NCBI RefSeq assembly: GCF_011745625.1
Contig: NW_027191469.1
Location: forward strand, 434,001 to 498,000
Reading direction: 5' to 3'
Source of the DNA: Cladosporium halotolerans
Taxonomy: Eukaryota
DNA length: 64,000 nucleotides
The stretch's first letter is position 1, and each line of letters begins with the position of its first letter. Below the pieces are notes generated by a model. That model was not told the DNA's origin. It saw nothing but the letters and a program-made list of their open reading frames with translations, and ran no database searches. Of the stretch, positions 34,572 through 46,280 are shown piece after piece. The position numbers and the translations under genes are program-made.

Positions 34572-34868
34572 TCAGTCTAAACACCTCCCCGCCCCCTCGA
34601 CCCTCCTCACTCTTATCGGCCCCCTCACGTCCCCTTCAGCTGCCATCACCACTTCGCCCTTCTGCAACACCTCGCACTCCCCAGCATCTCTCAGCTCGAA
34701 AGCCATCGACCGCAGCCCAGGCATCGCATCCCGCCAGCTCTCGAACCCCAGCTGCCGGATCTCGTCCGCCGACAGCGTGCGAGCCACTTCGGAAGGGCAG
34801 AAGGTCTTTGGCGGCTGGCGGGTGCTGAGGAAGTGTGCGAAGCGCGTGGAGAGCGGTGAGGGGGCCAT
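34572..34868 (-). CDS. DUF3253-family small protein (98 aa)
   Basis: KTFCPSEVAR...WRDAMP...EVLQKG...RGPIRVR motif pattern. Confidence 0.8.
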   Translation of the reverse strand: MAPSPLSTRFAHFLSTRQPPKTFCPSEVARTLSADEIRQLGFESWRDAMPGLRSMAFELRDAGECEVLQKGEVVMAAEGDVRGPIRVRRVEGAGRCLD

Positions 34869-35142
34869 GTGAACTGATGGATTGTGTTGTTTTCCGAGAG
34901 TGAGCAAGTTGCGGTCGGGGAGGTTCGCTTCGTTGGCGGTGTGACGGCGGGAGGGACGGCTTTGACGTGTCCCGGGTGGAGAGGCGGGCTTGAGCGGCTG
35001 TGGTTGTGGAGCGGGGCGGGGCGTTGGAGCTGCTGGCTGCAGTGCCAGCTCAGCATGCAGGCGAGACGCGCTGATGCGCATGGGAGAGAAGCAGAGCGTG
35101 AATCATTTACGTATGTAGCTTGGTAATCAGCATAAGCAAGCG

Positions 35143-35766
35143 CTACGGATCCAACATCTCCACGCGCACGTCGGGATCAAGCTCGTCGAACCGCCAGCCT
35201 TTGAACTTGCTTTCCAACAACGCCCGTTGCTGCTCCCACGCCTGGTGAACATTGAGCATTTTGAGTGATTTGATGGATACCTCTCCGTTCTCGATCCTGA
35301 AGCCCCATTCGAAGCCCAGAATCGGCCGCACCGCCTTCGTCATCAGCGAGTCTTCGGCGTAAGCCAGAAAGCTCCAAGCCGTCCAATCGATATCTTTCCT
35401 TTCCAGCCTTGACGGAGCGTCGAAGAGCTGCGGTTCAGGTCCAAACCATGCAAACGGCGTGTTAAGAGTGGAAGCTAAGGGTATCGGATCCATCTCCCAT
35501 TCTCCAGGCACTGTTGCTGAAGGACGTTCGCGCGTGAACTGGATCCATCCGTAGGTCGCCGCGTAGCCGGTGTCGTGGGATGCGTGGATTTTTGCGCTGC
35601 AGACCGGGAAGCCGAGAAAAGCTGAGAGAGGTGCATCAGGGAAAATGAGATGGTAGCCAGTTTTTGCAGGGTCGTCGTTGGGGCGCAGTTGGATTTGGAG
35701 GAGGGTTGAGTTTCGGCGGGGGACTTTGAAGGAGAGTGAGAGGGCTTGGGTGTTGGAACAAAGCAT
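35143..35766 (-). CDS. Conserved-looking hypothetical protein (~207 aa, intronless)
   Basis: Globular, aromatic-rich ORF with motifs GFPVCSA, GYAATYGWIQF, PQLFDAPSR and LGFEWGF. Confidence 0.7.
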   Translation of the reverse strand: MLCSNTQALSLSFKVPRRNSTLLQIQLRPNDDPAKTGYHLIFPDAPLSAFLGFPVCSAKIHASHDTGYAATYGWIQFTRERPSATVPGEWEMDPIPLASTLNTPFAWFGPEPQLFDAPSRLERKDIDWTAWSFLAYAEDSLMTKAVRPILGFEWGFRIENGEVSIKSLKMLNVHQAWEQQRALLESKFKGWRFDELDPDVRVEMLDP

Positions 35767-36856
35767 GATCTCAAAGAGCTTCAATATTGTCTGATACCGT
35801 GTGAGTGATTGATCAAACAGTACACGAGCAGAATACTATGAGATTGCTCCAGAGGGGATAGGTCAGCGGTTTGGTCAAGTTTGATTGCCGAAGATAATGG
35901 GGCGGAGCAGGCAACTATTTAATGATCGTGAGTCAGCCGTGTTCATAGCTCGTTTGTAGTCCAGAGTTGCAAGGCAGACGCATTGTGATCGCAGGCAACG
36001 ATAACAGGCATTGACACGAGAACGGACATCTGTCAAAGCTGACAACCACGCTCCCACGACTTTCCACAGGCGGGATGGTGAAACGACGACCCTGCAGATG
36101 ACTTGCAGATTCTGGCTCCACAAGCCCGGCTTGTTATCCCCGATTCAGGCCTGACGATGCTACGACCGTTGAAGGCTGGCGGCGCAACTGCCAGATGACG
36201 TGGGAGGAAGTGAGGTGTCGAGACGAAGGCACGGAAGCTTGTCAGACAAAGGCAAACGCGACAGACGAACGTGAAACGCGGTCGATCTGACTCTACCGGC
36301 GGGCTGTCACTCCCAATAAAGTACAGCAGTCGGCGGGCATCCACCACTCGGGCTGCTCCGCTCGGGCAGCCTCTGACCAACGCCCGGCGCAGGTCTGAAA
36401 CACTGGCCTTGCCGCGAATCCACCGCGTCCCCGGCGCGAAGTCGTCTAAGTGCTCCAGTGGCTCCCTCGCCTGCGCCGCCTAAAAATAACACTGCCATCG
36501 CTGCCCACACCACCTGCTGCTGAGTGCTCACAGTCCGCGTGCTGTGAACCTCGCCGACCTCACTTCCCCCTCCCCTCCGCGCCCTCGCCTGCACGTGCAC
36601 ACACCACCCACCGCGGTCCCGCGCCGCTGCCCCCCGCCGCACTGCGACTCTGCCCCGCCGCGCGCGAGAGCCCGCCGCCTGTTGTTGACGCACCCTTCGA
36701 TCCCAGTCGCGCCTTCCTCACCTGCGCTCTTGCCCTCCGGCGCAACCTCAGCGCGCCGGCTTGGCCCCACGAAAGAATATCCCGCCGTCGCTCTCTTCCT
36801 CCGCTTCCTCCTCCTCCTCCTCCACAACCACGATCACGACCACGACACCGGCCACC

Positions 36857-38278
36857 ATGGCCGACGTCGTCCCCCTCACCACCTCCCCCGAGGAGATCTC
36901 CGGCGGCCTCGCCCAGCGTCCCCGGCGCGAGCGCCTCCCCAGCTTCGACCGCGGCCGCATGTCCACGCAGTCGCAGCAGAGGCTCAGCTCGCGCCCGCAG
37001 AGCACCGTCTTCCCGGCCTTCCACTCCAGCCTCACCTATGCGCTGGTCCGCGACTTCGCCTACCCCGACTTCCACCCAATGCACTATGGCCCGCCGCCAG
37101 AGGCCCCGTCGGGCAGCACGACCCCAGGCTCCGAGTTCAGCCAGAGCCGCCGCCTCTCAGAACCGCTAGATAATGCCTTCAGCAGCAGCGGGCGCGCAGG
37201 CCCTTGGGGCGGGGACGGCTACCTGTACCCCGAGAGCGACGACGTGGAGGCCCTGCCGAGCACAAGCTTCGGCGACGAGGACGAGGACGTCGAGATGCGG
37301 CGGAGCGGGCACCGCAGGAGCCGGAGCTACAACAACATCGCGGAATGGGATCGTGGGCGCCGTCGCGAGAGCCGCGAAGGGGGCACAGGAGCCAACGACT
37401 CGATGTTCCACTTCACGACCTCACAACTCGATCCGGCAGGCAGCCAGAGCCTGCGTCATAGCCGCGGTTTTACGTCGAGCAGCTCCAACCCGAACCGCAA
37501 CTCACACTTCGCCGTCCCCCCATCCGCAGCTACCCTCTCCGCGCGCGCATTCAGGAACTCGCATCGACAGTCACGCGACGTTACCGGACGGGCATCAACA
37601 GGCGGTGACGAGGACTTCATCCCCCTCGACACGGAGGCATCGACACACGCGCAATCACCACAACGCGCAAGCATGGGCCCCGAAGACGAGCTGTTTGCAG
37701 GAGAGAGTCTGGCGCTTTACGCGTTTGAACCAGAGAACCCGAACGAGTTGCGCCTGCATGAAGGGCAGATCATTCTCGTATCGTACCGTCACGGGCAGGG
37801 ATGGTTGGTTGCAGAGGACCCGGCGACCGGAGAGCAGGGCCTAGTGCCAGAAGAGTACGTGCGCCTGGTGCGCGACATCGAAGGATGGGATGCCGAACGC
37901 GGAACGTTCATCGACTCGGGCGGCGATCTGGACCTGGAAGAGAACCAAGAGCTGGCAGATGAAACAACACAGTCCGACCTCTCGACGCCACAACAGGCCC
38001 CAAACAACGATGAGCACGAAACTACCCAATCAACCCTCCCATCCTCACAACACGCTCCACACAGCGACGGCGAGAACACGGACTCCGGCAACAGCAGCGA
38101 CGCCATCACAGAGAGGCCGAACAGAGCCATGCTCGCGGAGCCACCGGACGTAGACCATGAAGAAGGTCTGCAAATGAAGGACGTCAGCGCCAGCCCCCAG
38201 CGCATCAAGGGCGTCGAATCGAACGTCGAAAAGCAGGACGACGAGAGACGCCAGGACAGCGGGCACGCTGAGAAGTGA
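36857..38278 (+). CDS. SH3 adaptor protein, Nbp2/Skb5-like
   Basis: GCCACCATGG start context and a single SH3 domain (ALYAFEPENPNELRL...GQGWLVA...GLVPEEYV). Confidence 0.85.
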   Translation: MADVVPLTTSPEEISGGLAQRPRRERLPSFDRGRMSTQSQQRLSSRPQSTVFPAFHSSLTYALVRDFAYPDFHPMHYGPPPEAPSGSTTPGSEFSQSRRLSEPLDNAFSSSGRAGPWGGDGYLYPESDDVEALPSTSFGDEDEDVEMRRSGHRRSRSYNNIAEWDRGRRRESREGGTGANDSMFHFTTSQLDPAGSQSLRHSRGFTSSSSNPNRNSHFAVPPSAATLSARAFRNSHRQSRDVTGRASTGGDEDFIPLDTEASTHAQSPQRASMGPEDELFAGESLALYAFEPENPNELRLHEGQIILVSYRHGQGWLVAEDPATGEQGLVPEEYVRLVRDIEGWDAERGTFIDSGGDLDLEENQELADETTQSDLSTPQQAPNNDEHETTQSTLPSSQHAPHSDGENTDSGNSSDAITERPNRAMLAEPPDVDHEEGLQMKDVSASPQRIKGVESNVEKQDDERRQDSGHAEK

Positions 38279-38817
38279 TTCAAGCATTCTGCAGTTCTAA
38301 CAGCGATGGAACTGCTATCGAAACGAGTGAAACGTGTTTACGTGCATTTTCAACATCACTTTGCGACGACAAAGTGCAACAATTTCCAATTCAAGCCAAG
38401 GGGGTCATCAATGATTGTTTCTTCAGCAATGGAACAGAGTCACTCAAAGGTGCTTGATCGACCCCCAGGCATCTGAATTAATCAAGGGGGAAACGAAACG
38501 GACAGATGCAACAACGACACTTGGATGCGGATGCGGCGACCTTTGGCTATGAACTCTTCAGGAAACCAGAAAACCTGCATTTGTTCTGTATAGCGAGCGT
38601 TTTGGCGACAGGATTGAGCATTAGCATTAACCAGCAGTCTTGCCGGGCGAACCAGGAAAAGAGCGACCCATCCGCATCAAGATAACTCAGATAACTGACC
38701 CCCAAAGAAAACCCGTTCAAAGTCCATCAAGAACCATTTGTTTCTCTGCCGTCTCACTCCCACTGTGAACATCTCTCACCTTTTCAACCACTGCCTCCTC
38801 CCTGCCCAAACCACCTC

Positions 38818-39479
38818 TCACGCCTCCCCCTTCCCCCCAGCGCCCGCAGCTTTCCTCCCCTTCCACCACAGCACCGGCAAAACAACACACCCCGTCGCAT
38901 ACAACACGCAAAGCGCCACCCCCAGCCCCCACACCGCTTTCGTCTGGAAGCACTCCGCCCTCCCGCTCCCCGCCCACCCGGCGAGCCCCATCACGGCACC
39001 CTCGCGCCCGCCCGACGCTAGCGCCATCGCGAACGCCCACGCCGATTCGGCCGACGACGCGGCGCTGGCGCTGCGGATCGCGCGGCAGTCGAGGTGGCTG
39101 AGGGGGCGGCCGAGCAGAATGCTGACGGTCGTGAAGGCGAGGAGGAGCAGGGCGTCGAGCGCGGTGAGGATCAGGAGCGTTGTGGACGCGGAGGAGTAGA
39201 AGAGGGGGAGGGATAGGAGGGTGTAGAGGGCGGCGAGGGAGGCCTGGGCGTTTTTAGCGGGTTGAAGGAGGGGTTTGGGGGTGAGAGGGGGGCATGGGGA
39301 GGACGTACGATGGTGAGAGTGCCGACGATCTCGCGCGGCGGGTCGATGTTGCTGGATGTGAGCTGGGAGACGAAGTTGGCGGTCATGCCGACGATGGCTA
39401 CGATGGCGACTAGGCTGAGGCCGCGGGCGATGAGGAAGGTTTTGGCTAGGGGCGCGGAGCCGGTGCTTGCGAAGGACAT
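38818..39479 (-). CDS. Four-pass membrane protein, MARVEL-like. Intron 39244-39308
   Basis: Four hydrophobic segments after in-frame splicing (…IVGTLTI|ASLAALY…) and two loop Cys. Confidence 0.75.
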
Positions 39480-40461
39480 TTTGGGCGGGTGTCGTTCTGA
39501 GGTGGATCTGAGTTTGGTCTGGTTTCCGGCTGGCGGAAAGGCTGGATTTGATGAAGGATCTGTTGGGTGCTTGCCAGCAAGCGATTGGTGGGTTGTCTTG
39601 AAAGTAAAATAGGATTCTTCGGAGCACGGATCGTAATCCGGATGAAGGCGCTCTCGAGAAAGAAGCAAAGAGGAAAGATAATAGGTAAAGGAATTGGGCA
39701 GGTAAATATGCAGCGTCGTGGTGTAGGATGGTGGAGTAGGATTGGGACTGGGTAGCGACATGCAGAGACTGTCTTATACCTCGTGACACTTCGCGACAGC
39801 TGGAATCGTTGCATGATGCACGTAAATAGCAGAGCAAAGACTGTGTGGCCAGACGCGTTGATGTTTCAAAGCCTGTCGCTGGAAGCGCCGCTCGCAGCCA
39901 ATGCCGGACGAGGTCTGACTTGGTCGGCGGCTACAGGTCGACGAGCTCTCGCCATGCTCAAACACAATCGCAGCGCTTCTTGTACCATGGTGAGTCTCTT
40001 AAGTGGCTCAGCTCCTCAATCTGCTTCATCCTCTCTGCATTTACCGTGTCCTGGCCTGTTCCAACCATGGAGAGACCTCACGGCGGCTGCGGAGGCTCCA
40101 GCCGGTGGCAGTGTAGCTTTTCTTTGGCGCTAGCACAGAATCATAGCATCATTGGTCATCAAGACTCTCATCAGAACGTGTTTAGCGATGGACAGCAGAA
40201 ATTTGCTGAAAGGCTTGGGTCTGATCTTGCTCAAACGCGTGGTGAAGTTCAAGAGGAAGATGGTCAGGGACACGCCAAGCCGCAGACAGAAGACGGACTT
40301 CATCCGGCGCGTTGGGATGGAAGACCAGCCGTGTTATTTCTCCACTATTAGCCCATATCCTCCTTTACGACGCCGTCACTTTTCGTCCTTGATCCATAGT
40401 ATGAGTATTCGGGCTCAGATCAAGTGATGAAAGGCAGGCAGGTCGCCAGCACGGCGCCGCT

Positions 40462-43164
40462 ATGAATAATGACCCCCTCCGCCGGAGCTCATCCATGTCG
40501 GTCGGTACTCCTAGCCACATACCTAGCGCACCGCCTTTACCGGCTCCTCGACCATTCCAAAGGGCTAGAGATGCGGCAAATAGGATTTTCGGCTACACAT
40601 CTAGACCGCCAAGCCCCCATGGTGAGCAGGATCATGCTTTCAGCATCGTGAACAGGTTTGCTTCCTTGGGCGCTTCGCAAAACGCAACGGCAAGCCACAG
40701 AACCGGTCTTGAGATTAACACTGTCTCGATCAACGAGAGTGGTAGCCATGCTTTGCTTGGTGGCAAAGAGATCTTCAAGACAGTGAAGGTCGAAAATGGC
40801 GTTTGTGTCGAAGACGTCAACTTGCGGACAGCGATTCGCAGCACGCCTACCCAAGCATCAGGAAAGATCAGACAGATCTACAACATCGATATCGACGATG
40901 TTGCTTGGGCAAAAGGCAACTCCGGAGACTATGTTGCAGCTGCGACCTCCAGCGGCAAAATCATTCTATACGACCTAGGCCATGCTGGACTCCCCGCCGC
41001 TCAGCTGCATGAGCACTATCGACAAGTTCATCGGATCACATTCAATCCGCACCGTGGGAGCTTGCTGCTTTCTGGTAGCCAGGATGGTTCGGTTCGACTT
41101 TGGGACGTCAGAGACGCGCGGCGGCATGCGGGCAGCACGCAGAGAACCAGTACGCCAACAACCAGCAAAATGCAAAGCAAGAGCAAATTTGCCGGCCAGA
41201 GTGACAGCGTCCGCGATGTCAAATGGTCTCCCACCGATGGCGTCGACTTTGCATTCGGAACCGACAGCGGTTGGGTCCAGATATGGGATATGCGCAATCT
41301 GAAGCAGCCCAAGATCAAGATCCCGGCGCATGTCCAAGCGTGTACTTCAGTCGATTGGCATCCAGATGGCAAGCATGTCGTGAGTGCCGGCCTTGAGAAG
41401 TTGATCCGCGTCTGGGATGTATCGTCGAACAACAGAAAGAAGCCGGGTTGGGAGATCAAAACGCCGTACCCGGTGTCGAATGCGCGGTGGAGGCCTCCTT
41501 GCGAGTCTTCTGTCCCTGGTGAATATGGTGCTCGACAGACGACTCAGGTTGTTGCTGCGTATGATCGGGCGCATCCGGTGCTACACATCTGGGACTTCCG
41601 CCGGCCAGCGTTTCCCTTCCGCGAGATGACGCCACACCCTGAAGCGCCAACAGATCTTTTGTGGCATTCTCAAGATCTTCTTTGGACCGTTGGTCGCGAC
41701 GGAGCATTTCTGCAGAGCGACATTCAACACGCTCGTAAAGTCATGGATAACTTCAGCGTCAATGTCTGCGCGATCTCGGCAACTGGAGAGCTTACTGCCG
41801 CGACCATGCAACGCCTTCCGAAACGCATACTCAGTAAACCGCCTCCTTCTGCGCCGACATCAGCGCCTAATGAACAAGTCAGTTCGAGTCCGGATCCCGG
41901 CATCATTAGTCGAAGTTGGGCAGACGATAGTCTTGACAACACCTTCTTAAGTGCGTACACAGACGTAAGACGTGAGCGTTCATTCAGCAAAAGCAGTCGA
42001 TTGTCGGCCGCCAGCACGCCTCCCCATTCGCTCAGCAAATCTCGTGTTGCTGGTCTTGAGCAGGCGTTCGGCCCACATAAGGCGCATCGTCCTCAGCAGG
42101 ACACATGGCGCATACAGCTACCGCATCCGGCATTCCACATTGATCCTGCAGTCACAGCCTACATTGCCAGCAATGCCGACGTTGTATTTGAAGAATTAGG
42201 CGCTGAAGACAAAAGCCTGGCCAATGTTGAGGAGGTCTTCGCGCAAAATGTCAGAGTACACGCAGAGGCTGGAATGATCGACCTGGCTGAGATGTGGGAG
42301 CTAGCAGGACAAGTCACATTGATGCACTTGCGCCGGCGGGAGGAGCTTCACAAGGCTCAAACCAAATCCGCGAAGCCTGTCGCTGTCAAGGTCACCAGTC
42401 CATTAGAAACCCGCAGCACGGAGGTTTTTGCTTCGCCTCCTGACAACCTCAAAGCAAACGCTAGAATTGAAGCTGAGGAAGGCTGGATCTACGAGCTCGG
42501 TGGGTTCTTGCGAGAACTCATTCGCCTGAACACCGGCGGCGAAAGGCTGAGTCCACAGACGGCAGCTCACCTTGTCTTAGTCCTCGGCCCCTGCCTTCCA
42601 GAAACACGCCCTCTTTCTCGCAAGGCAGCAGAAGCAGCTCTGGCATCGTACACAGAAGCCTACGAAGCAGGCGGGTATGAGATAGACGAAATCCCTGATC
42701 TTGTCAGCCGCTGCCACTCCCACTTAGTCAAAAGCGGACTCCAGCCCCTACAAGTGGAGAGCATCATGTCCGCCTATCACGAGCAGCTCCTCCAAAATCG
42801 CCTCTCTGTCGAAGCCGCAGAGCTGCGCAAGCTCTGCTACCCAGCCTTTCCTGCCGTCTACGAGCAGGCGCCACGCGATACCAGCGTTTCCCTCGCCTGC
42901 GGCTCTTGCTTCAAGCCGCTGTCTGCGAACGCTCAAGGGAAGCCACGGTGCGAGTTCTGCAGCGAAAAGCCGCTCGCTTGCCCTGTGTGCTTCCAAGCTC
43001 GAAGCCCATTTGAGGATGACCCTGTTGGCGCTTCGCTGCTGGCACTGTGTTTACTGTGCAATCATGGTGGACATGCGGCCTGTCTGCGGCAAATGATGGT
43101 GGATGAAGGGCTGGAGGGGTGTCCGACGGATAATTGCTTGTGTGATTGTGCAAGGGAGTGTTGA
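40462..43164 (+). CDS. RTC1: WD40 plus C-terminal RING protein, SEACAT/GATOR2 subunit Rtc1/Sea2 (WDR24-like)
   Basis: WD repeats (LLSGSQDGSVRLWD, SVRDVKWSP, VDWHPDG) and a Cys/His-rich end (CNHGGHAAC...CPTDNCLCDC). Confidence 0.85.
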   Translation: MNNDPLRRSSSMSVGTPSHIPSAPPLPAPRPFQRARDAANRIFGYTSRPPSPHGEQDHAFSIVNRFASLGASQNATASHRTGLEINTVSINESGSHALLGGKEIFKTVKVENGVCVEDVNLRTAIRSTPTQASGKIRQIYNIDIDDVAWAKGNSGDYVAAATSSGKIILYDLGHAGLPAAQLHEHYRQVHRITFNPHRGSLLLSGSQDGSVRLWDVRDARRHAGSTQRTSTPTTSKMQSKSKFAGQSDSVRDVKWSPTDGVDFAFGTDSGWVQIWDMRNLKQPKIKIPAHVQACTSVDWHPDGKHVVSAGLEKLIRVWDVSSNNRKKPGWEIKTPYPVSNARWRPPCESSVPGEYGARQTTQVVAAYDRAHPVLHIWDFRRPAFPFREMTPHPEAPTDLLWHSQDLLWTVGRDGAFLQSDIQHARKVMDNFSVNVCAISATGELTAATMQRLPKRILSKPPPSAPTSAPNEQVSSSPDPGIISRSWADDSLDNTFLSAYTDVRRERSFSKSSRLSAASTPPHSLSKSRVAGLEQAFGPHKAHRPQQDTWRIQLPHPAFHIDPAVTAYIASNADVVFEELGAEDKSLANVEEVFAQNVRVHAEAGMIDLAEMWELAGQVTLMHLRRREELHKAQTKSAKPVAVKVTSPLETRSTEVFASPPDNLKANARIEAEEGWIYELGGFLRELIRLNTGGERLSPQTAAHLVLVLGPCLPETRPLSRKAAEAALASYTEAYEAGGYEIDEIPDLVSRCHSHLVKSGLQPLQVESIMSAYHEQLLQNRLSVEAAELRKLCYPAFPAVYEQAPRDTSVSLACGSCFKPLSANAQGKPRCEFCSEKPLACPVCFQARSPFEDDPVGASLLALCLLCNHGGHAACLRQMMVDEGLEGCPTDNCLCDCAREC

Positions 43165-43657
43165 AAGATGAAGTAATATATTTGGCTGGGGATCTTGACT
43201 GCGACCAAGAAGGACCACGCCAGTGAATGAGACTCGTTTGCTGGATATTTGCTATAATACTAGCTCTGCCTTAAGTTTCGTTTCAATGCTTTAGTAGAGC
43301 CGAATGGTAAGAAAGTCGTGTTCGTGCGCATTGATTCTGTCAAAGTACCGCTCCTTGCATCTGAACTCCACGAACAGTTCTATTGCAACCTTCTGCACCG
43401 TTTGTCACTCAAACACTTGACAGTCTTGTTTTCCAAGCACCTGAGCTGAAACACTAGCTTGATCGGCATCATGTTGGACCATCCTGCTCGGCTCGGTTGT
43501 TCTCCAGCCGTCTCCACATCCCTCCACTCCCCGCACGCGAGAGCTTCCAGCAGCCGCGGTTGTCTCACGGAGCTCCCGAAGTGCCTAGGCTCAATCGAGA
43601 GCTACAAATATCATATCGGCATCTGCGAAACACTCTCCCAAGGGACTTTTACACACA

Positions 43658-44733
43658 ATGGCGTCCCCAAAAGCTTTCACCATCTCGCGATCTGACCTCA
43701 AAGGGCCAGCCGGCAGCGTCACCCTGATCACAGGTGGCGCCGCAGGCATCGGTCTCCAAACGGCTCTGCTGCTCCACGAACTCTCACCGACCAACAAACT
43801 CATCTTGCTGGATCGCCAGAAACCCAAAGCCGACCAAGCCCCCAAGGCTTTCATTGACTCAGACCGTGTGCTCTCGTTGCAGTGTGATATCACCGACTGG
43901 GCCAGCCAACGCGACGCTTTCGAAGCTGGTGTGAAGCACTTCGGCGCTCTCGACAATGTCTTCGTCAACGCCGGTATTGGCGAGTACAAGGACCAGTTCT
44001 TCAAGGATGAGCTGGACTCCAACGGCAAGCTGAAGGAGCCCGACAGGAGGGTCTACGACGTGGATCTCTCTGCGGCCAACGACACACTCAAGCTTGCGGT
44101 GTACTACATGAGGCACAGGAAAGATGGCAAGAAGGGCGGCAATGTGGTGATGGTGGCTAGTTTGGCGGGTTACCTGGCGAGTGCTGGTGCGCCGCTGTAC
44201 AGTGCTGCTAAACATGGTATGCTCTTCCTTCTCGACTCCGTTTGTTTCTAGCCGTCCTTGTAGGCAGCTCAACCCTTCCTTGGATGCTTCTTTTGCTGTT
44301 TTCAAGGGCTGATGGCGAATACCTTGGCGTGCCGTATCCATGCTAACAGAGGCTTCCAGCCATTGTCGGCCTCATGCGAGCCCTCAAGAACGACACTGCA
44401 ACCCTCGATATCGCCGTGTCCGTCGTAGCACCAGGCATCACCCTCACAGACATCATCGCCGGCCGCGATCCCAGCGAATCGCTTGCAGACTGGGCGAAGC
44501 GGATGCGTGCTCACGGTGTCCCAATCAACGATCCTGGTGAGGTAGCAACAACAGTCGCTTGGCTGTTCAACCAAGGCATGGGCGCAAACGGGAAGGGTAT
44601 GCTCGTGCAGGCTGGCAAGGTGGCGGATCTGGAGGAGGGTATCGCGAGGAATAGGAAGGTGTGGATGGGGGCTGAGATGCTGGATCTGTTCAGAGGTGGT
44701 AGGACGGCGCCTTTGTTTCCAAATAAGCTGTAA
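43658..44733 (+). CDS. Short-chain dehydrogenase/reductase. Intron 44217-44359
   Basis: ITGGAAGIG, VNAGI and the catalytic YSAAK motif; splicing restores KH-A-IVGLMR. Confidence 0.9.
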
Positions 44734-45889
44734 ATCAGATAGTCGTGGTACGTGAGAACGTTTACTTCAATCAACTAGTCGCAGTTGAGTCTCCAAAAGC
44801 AATTGATAATCTCCGGGCCTGGAAATGAACAGTATGCGGCGCGCTTTCGCGGCCAGAGAACCCCATCATTAGGTGTTCTGCAATGACCAATTGTTGACAA
44901 CGATGGAAGACAGCCATTATAGCGCAGTCCCAGTGTCAGGTATTGCCTATGAGCGCTGTTTGTGTTCCCATCAATGGGCCGATCAAGCCAAGCCTCACGC
45001 CTTGATCAACCTCACCCCGCTGTCCATCACCAACTTCGCTTCGTCGACATCTTCACACATCGGCGCGCCACCGCCCATCAAAGTACCATCCGCATTGTAT
45101 CTCGCTGCGCCCGGGATCATCACAGTTTGGTGATCACTTCGAACATGGAGCGACTCATCGCATCACCGACAAACTATCGCTCGCGGGCCTGGCTGCCACG
45201 CCTGGTCCTCGTGGGCTCTCTTTCAAGACATGCGCCACTGAGCATGGCTCCCTACGTATGCCCACCTGGTTGAATGGGACAAACCCATCGCATGATGAAG
45301 ACAAAGCTGCCATTTAACCATCGCGGAATGCGAAAGCGCCACTGATCATCGACGCACCTCGTTGCCCATCGACGAAGAACGCCCGCCCGTCGAGCACATT
45401 CTGTGTCACAACGCGGCATGCCACCATCGCCCGAAAGGAATCTTCGACCTTGCGACCATTAAAACACTACTGATTGATCGACTGCAATTCACCACGAATG
45501 ACGGTGTGGCGTGACCAGGATATCGCACTCTGCGTTTTTCGCACTGCGCCTTGCGCTGGCTGAGCCAGAGCGACATCTTTCTACGAAGTCGCCACTGGAT
45601 AGCTGCCACCCATCCAGTAAGGTTTTTCCGGCATGAATGCAGTTGACATGGCTGGAGAGCGCCGAAGTGCTTATTCCCGCTCCCTTCGACCTCCGACATC
45701 TGCATGCTTCCAAAGCCGTAACAGTCACGTGACGCCATCTCCGTCAGCAGCATGAGTCCGCCAGTAGCGACGGCTATCTGGATAAACCATAGCGGTCGTC
45801 ATCATGAAGCACATACGCTCGAAGCACAGGAGCTCTGCATCGGCGAGCAAAATCACAAGGATGCACTTGCTCCTGAATAACTCACTAAA

Positions 45890-45938
45890 GGACTGGACCT
45901 GGACAGGGACTTGGATCTGGACCTGGACTGGATCTGGA
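45890..45938. repeat. Degenerate GGA(C/T)CT tandem repeat
   Basis: ggactggacctggacagggacttggatctggacctggactggatctgga. Confidence 0.6.
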
Positions 45939-46280
45939 AAATCAATTCATGACGCTATGACCTGCAAGGACTACCTGCTGTGAAGCTGTCCTGCAATTGC
46001 AACGCTCTGCGGCGTGGTGTAGAAAAACGCTATGCGGCTTTGGAGTAATTGGCCCGAAGGCAGCTGCTGCGCATGCGCTGGTGATTACAATCAAGAAAGG
46101 AAACAAAATCATGCCACTGGTTAGTAAGAGAGGGAGCAAGAGAGAGGGACCGGCTGTGAAGCGCAGCGCTCGACCACGCACATCCAAGCGCAAGCTATGC
46201 CAAACCAAGCATGCGCCAATTCCGGGAGACCTCCTCTTTGGTTCGTCAAGTTCGGAATGAGAGAGAGTCCTGGTACCTTC

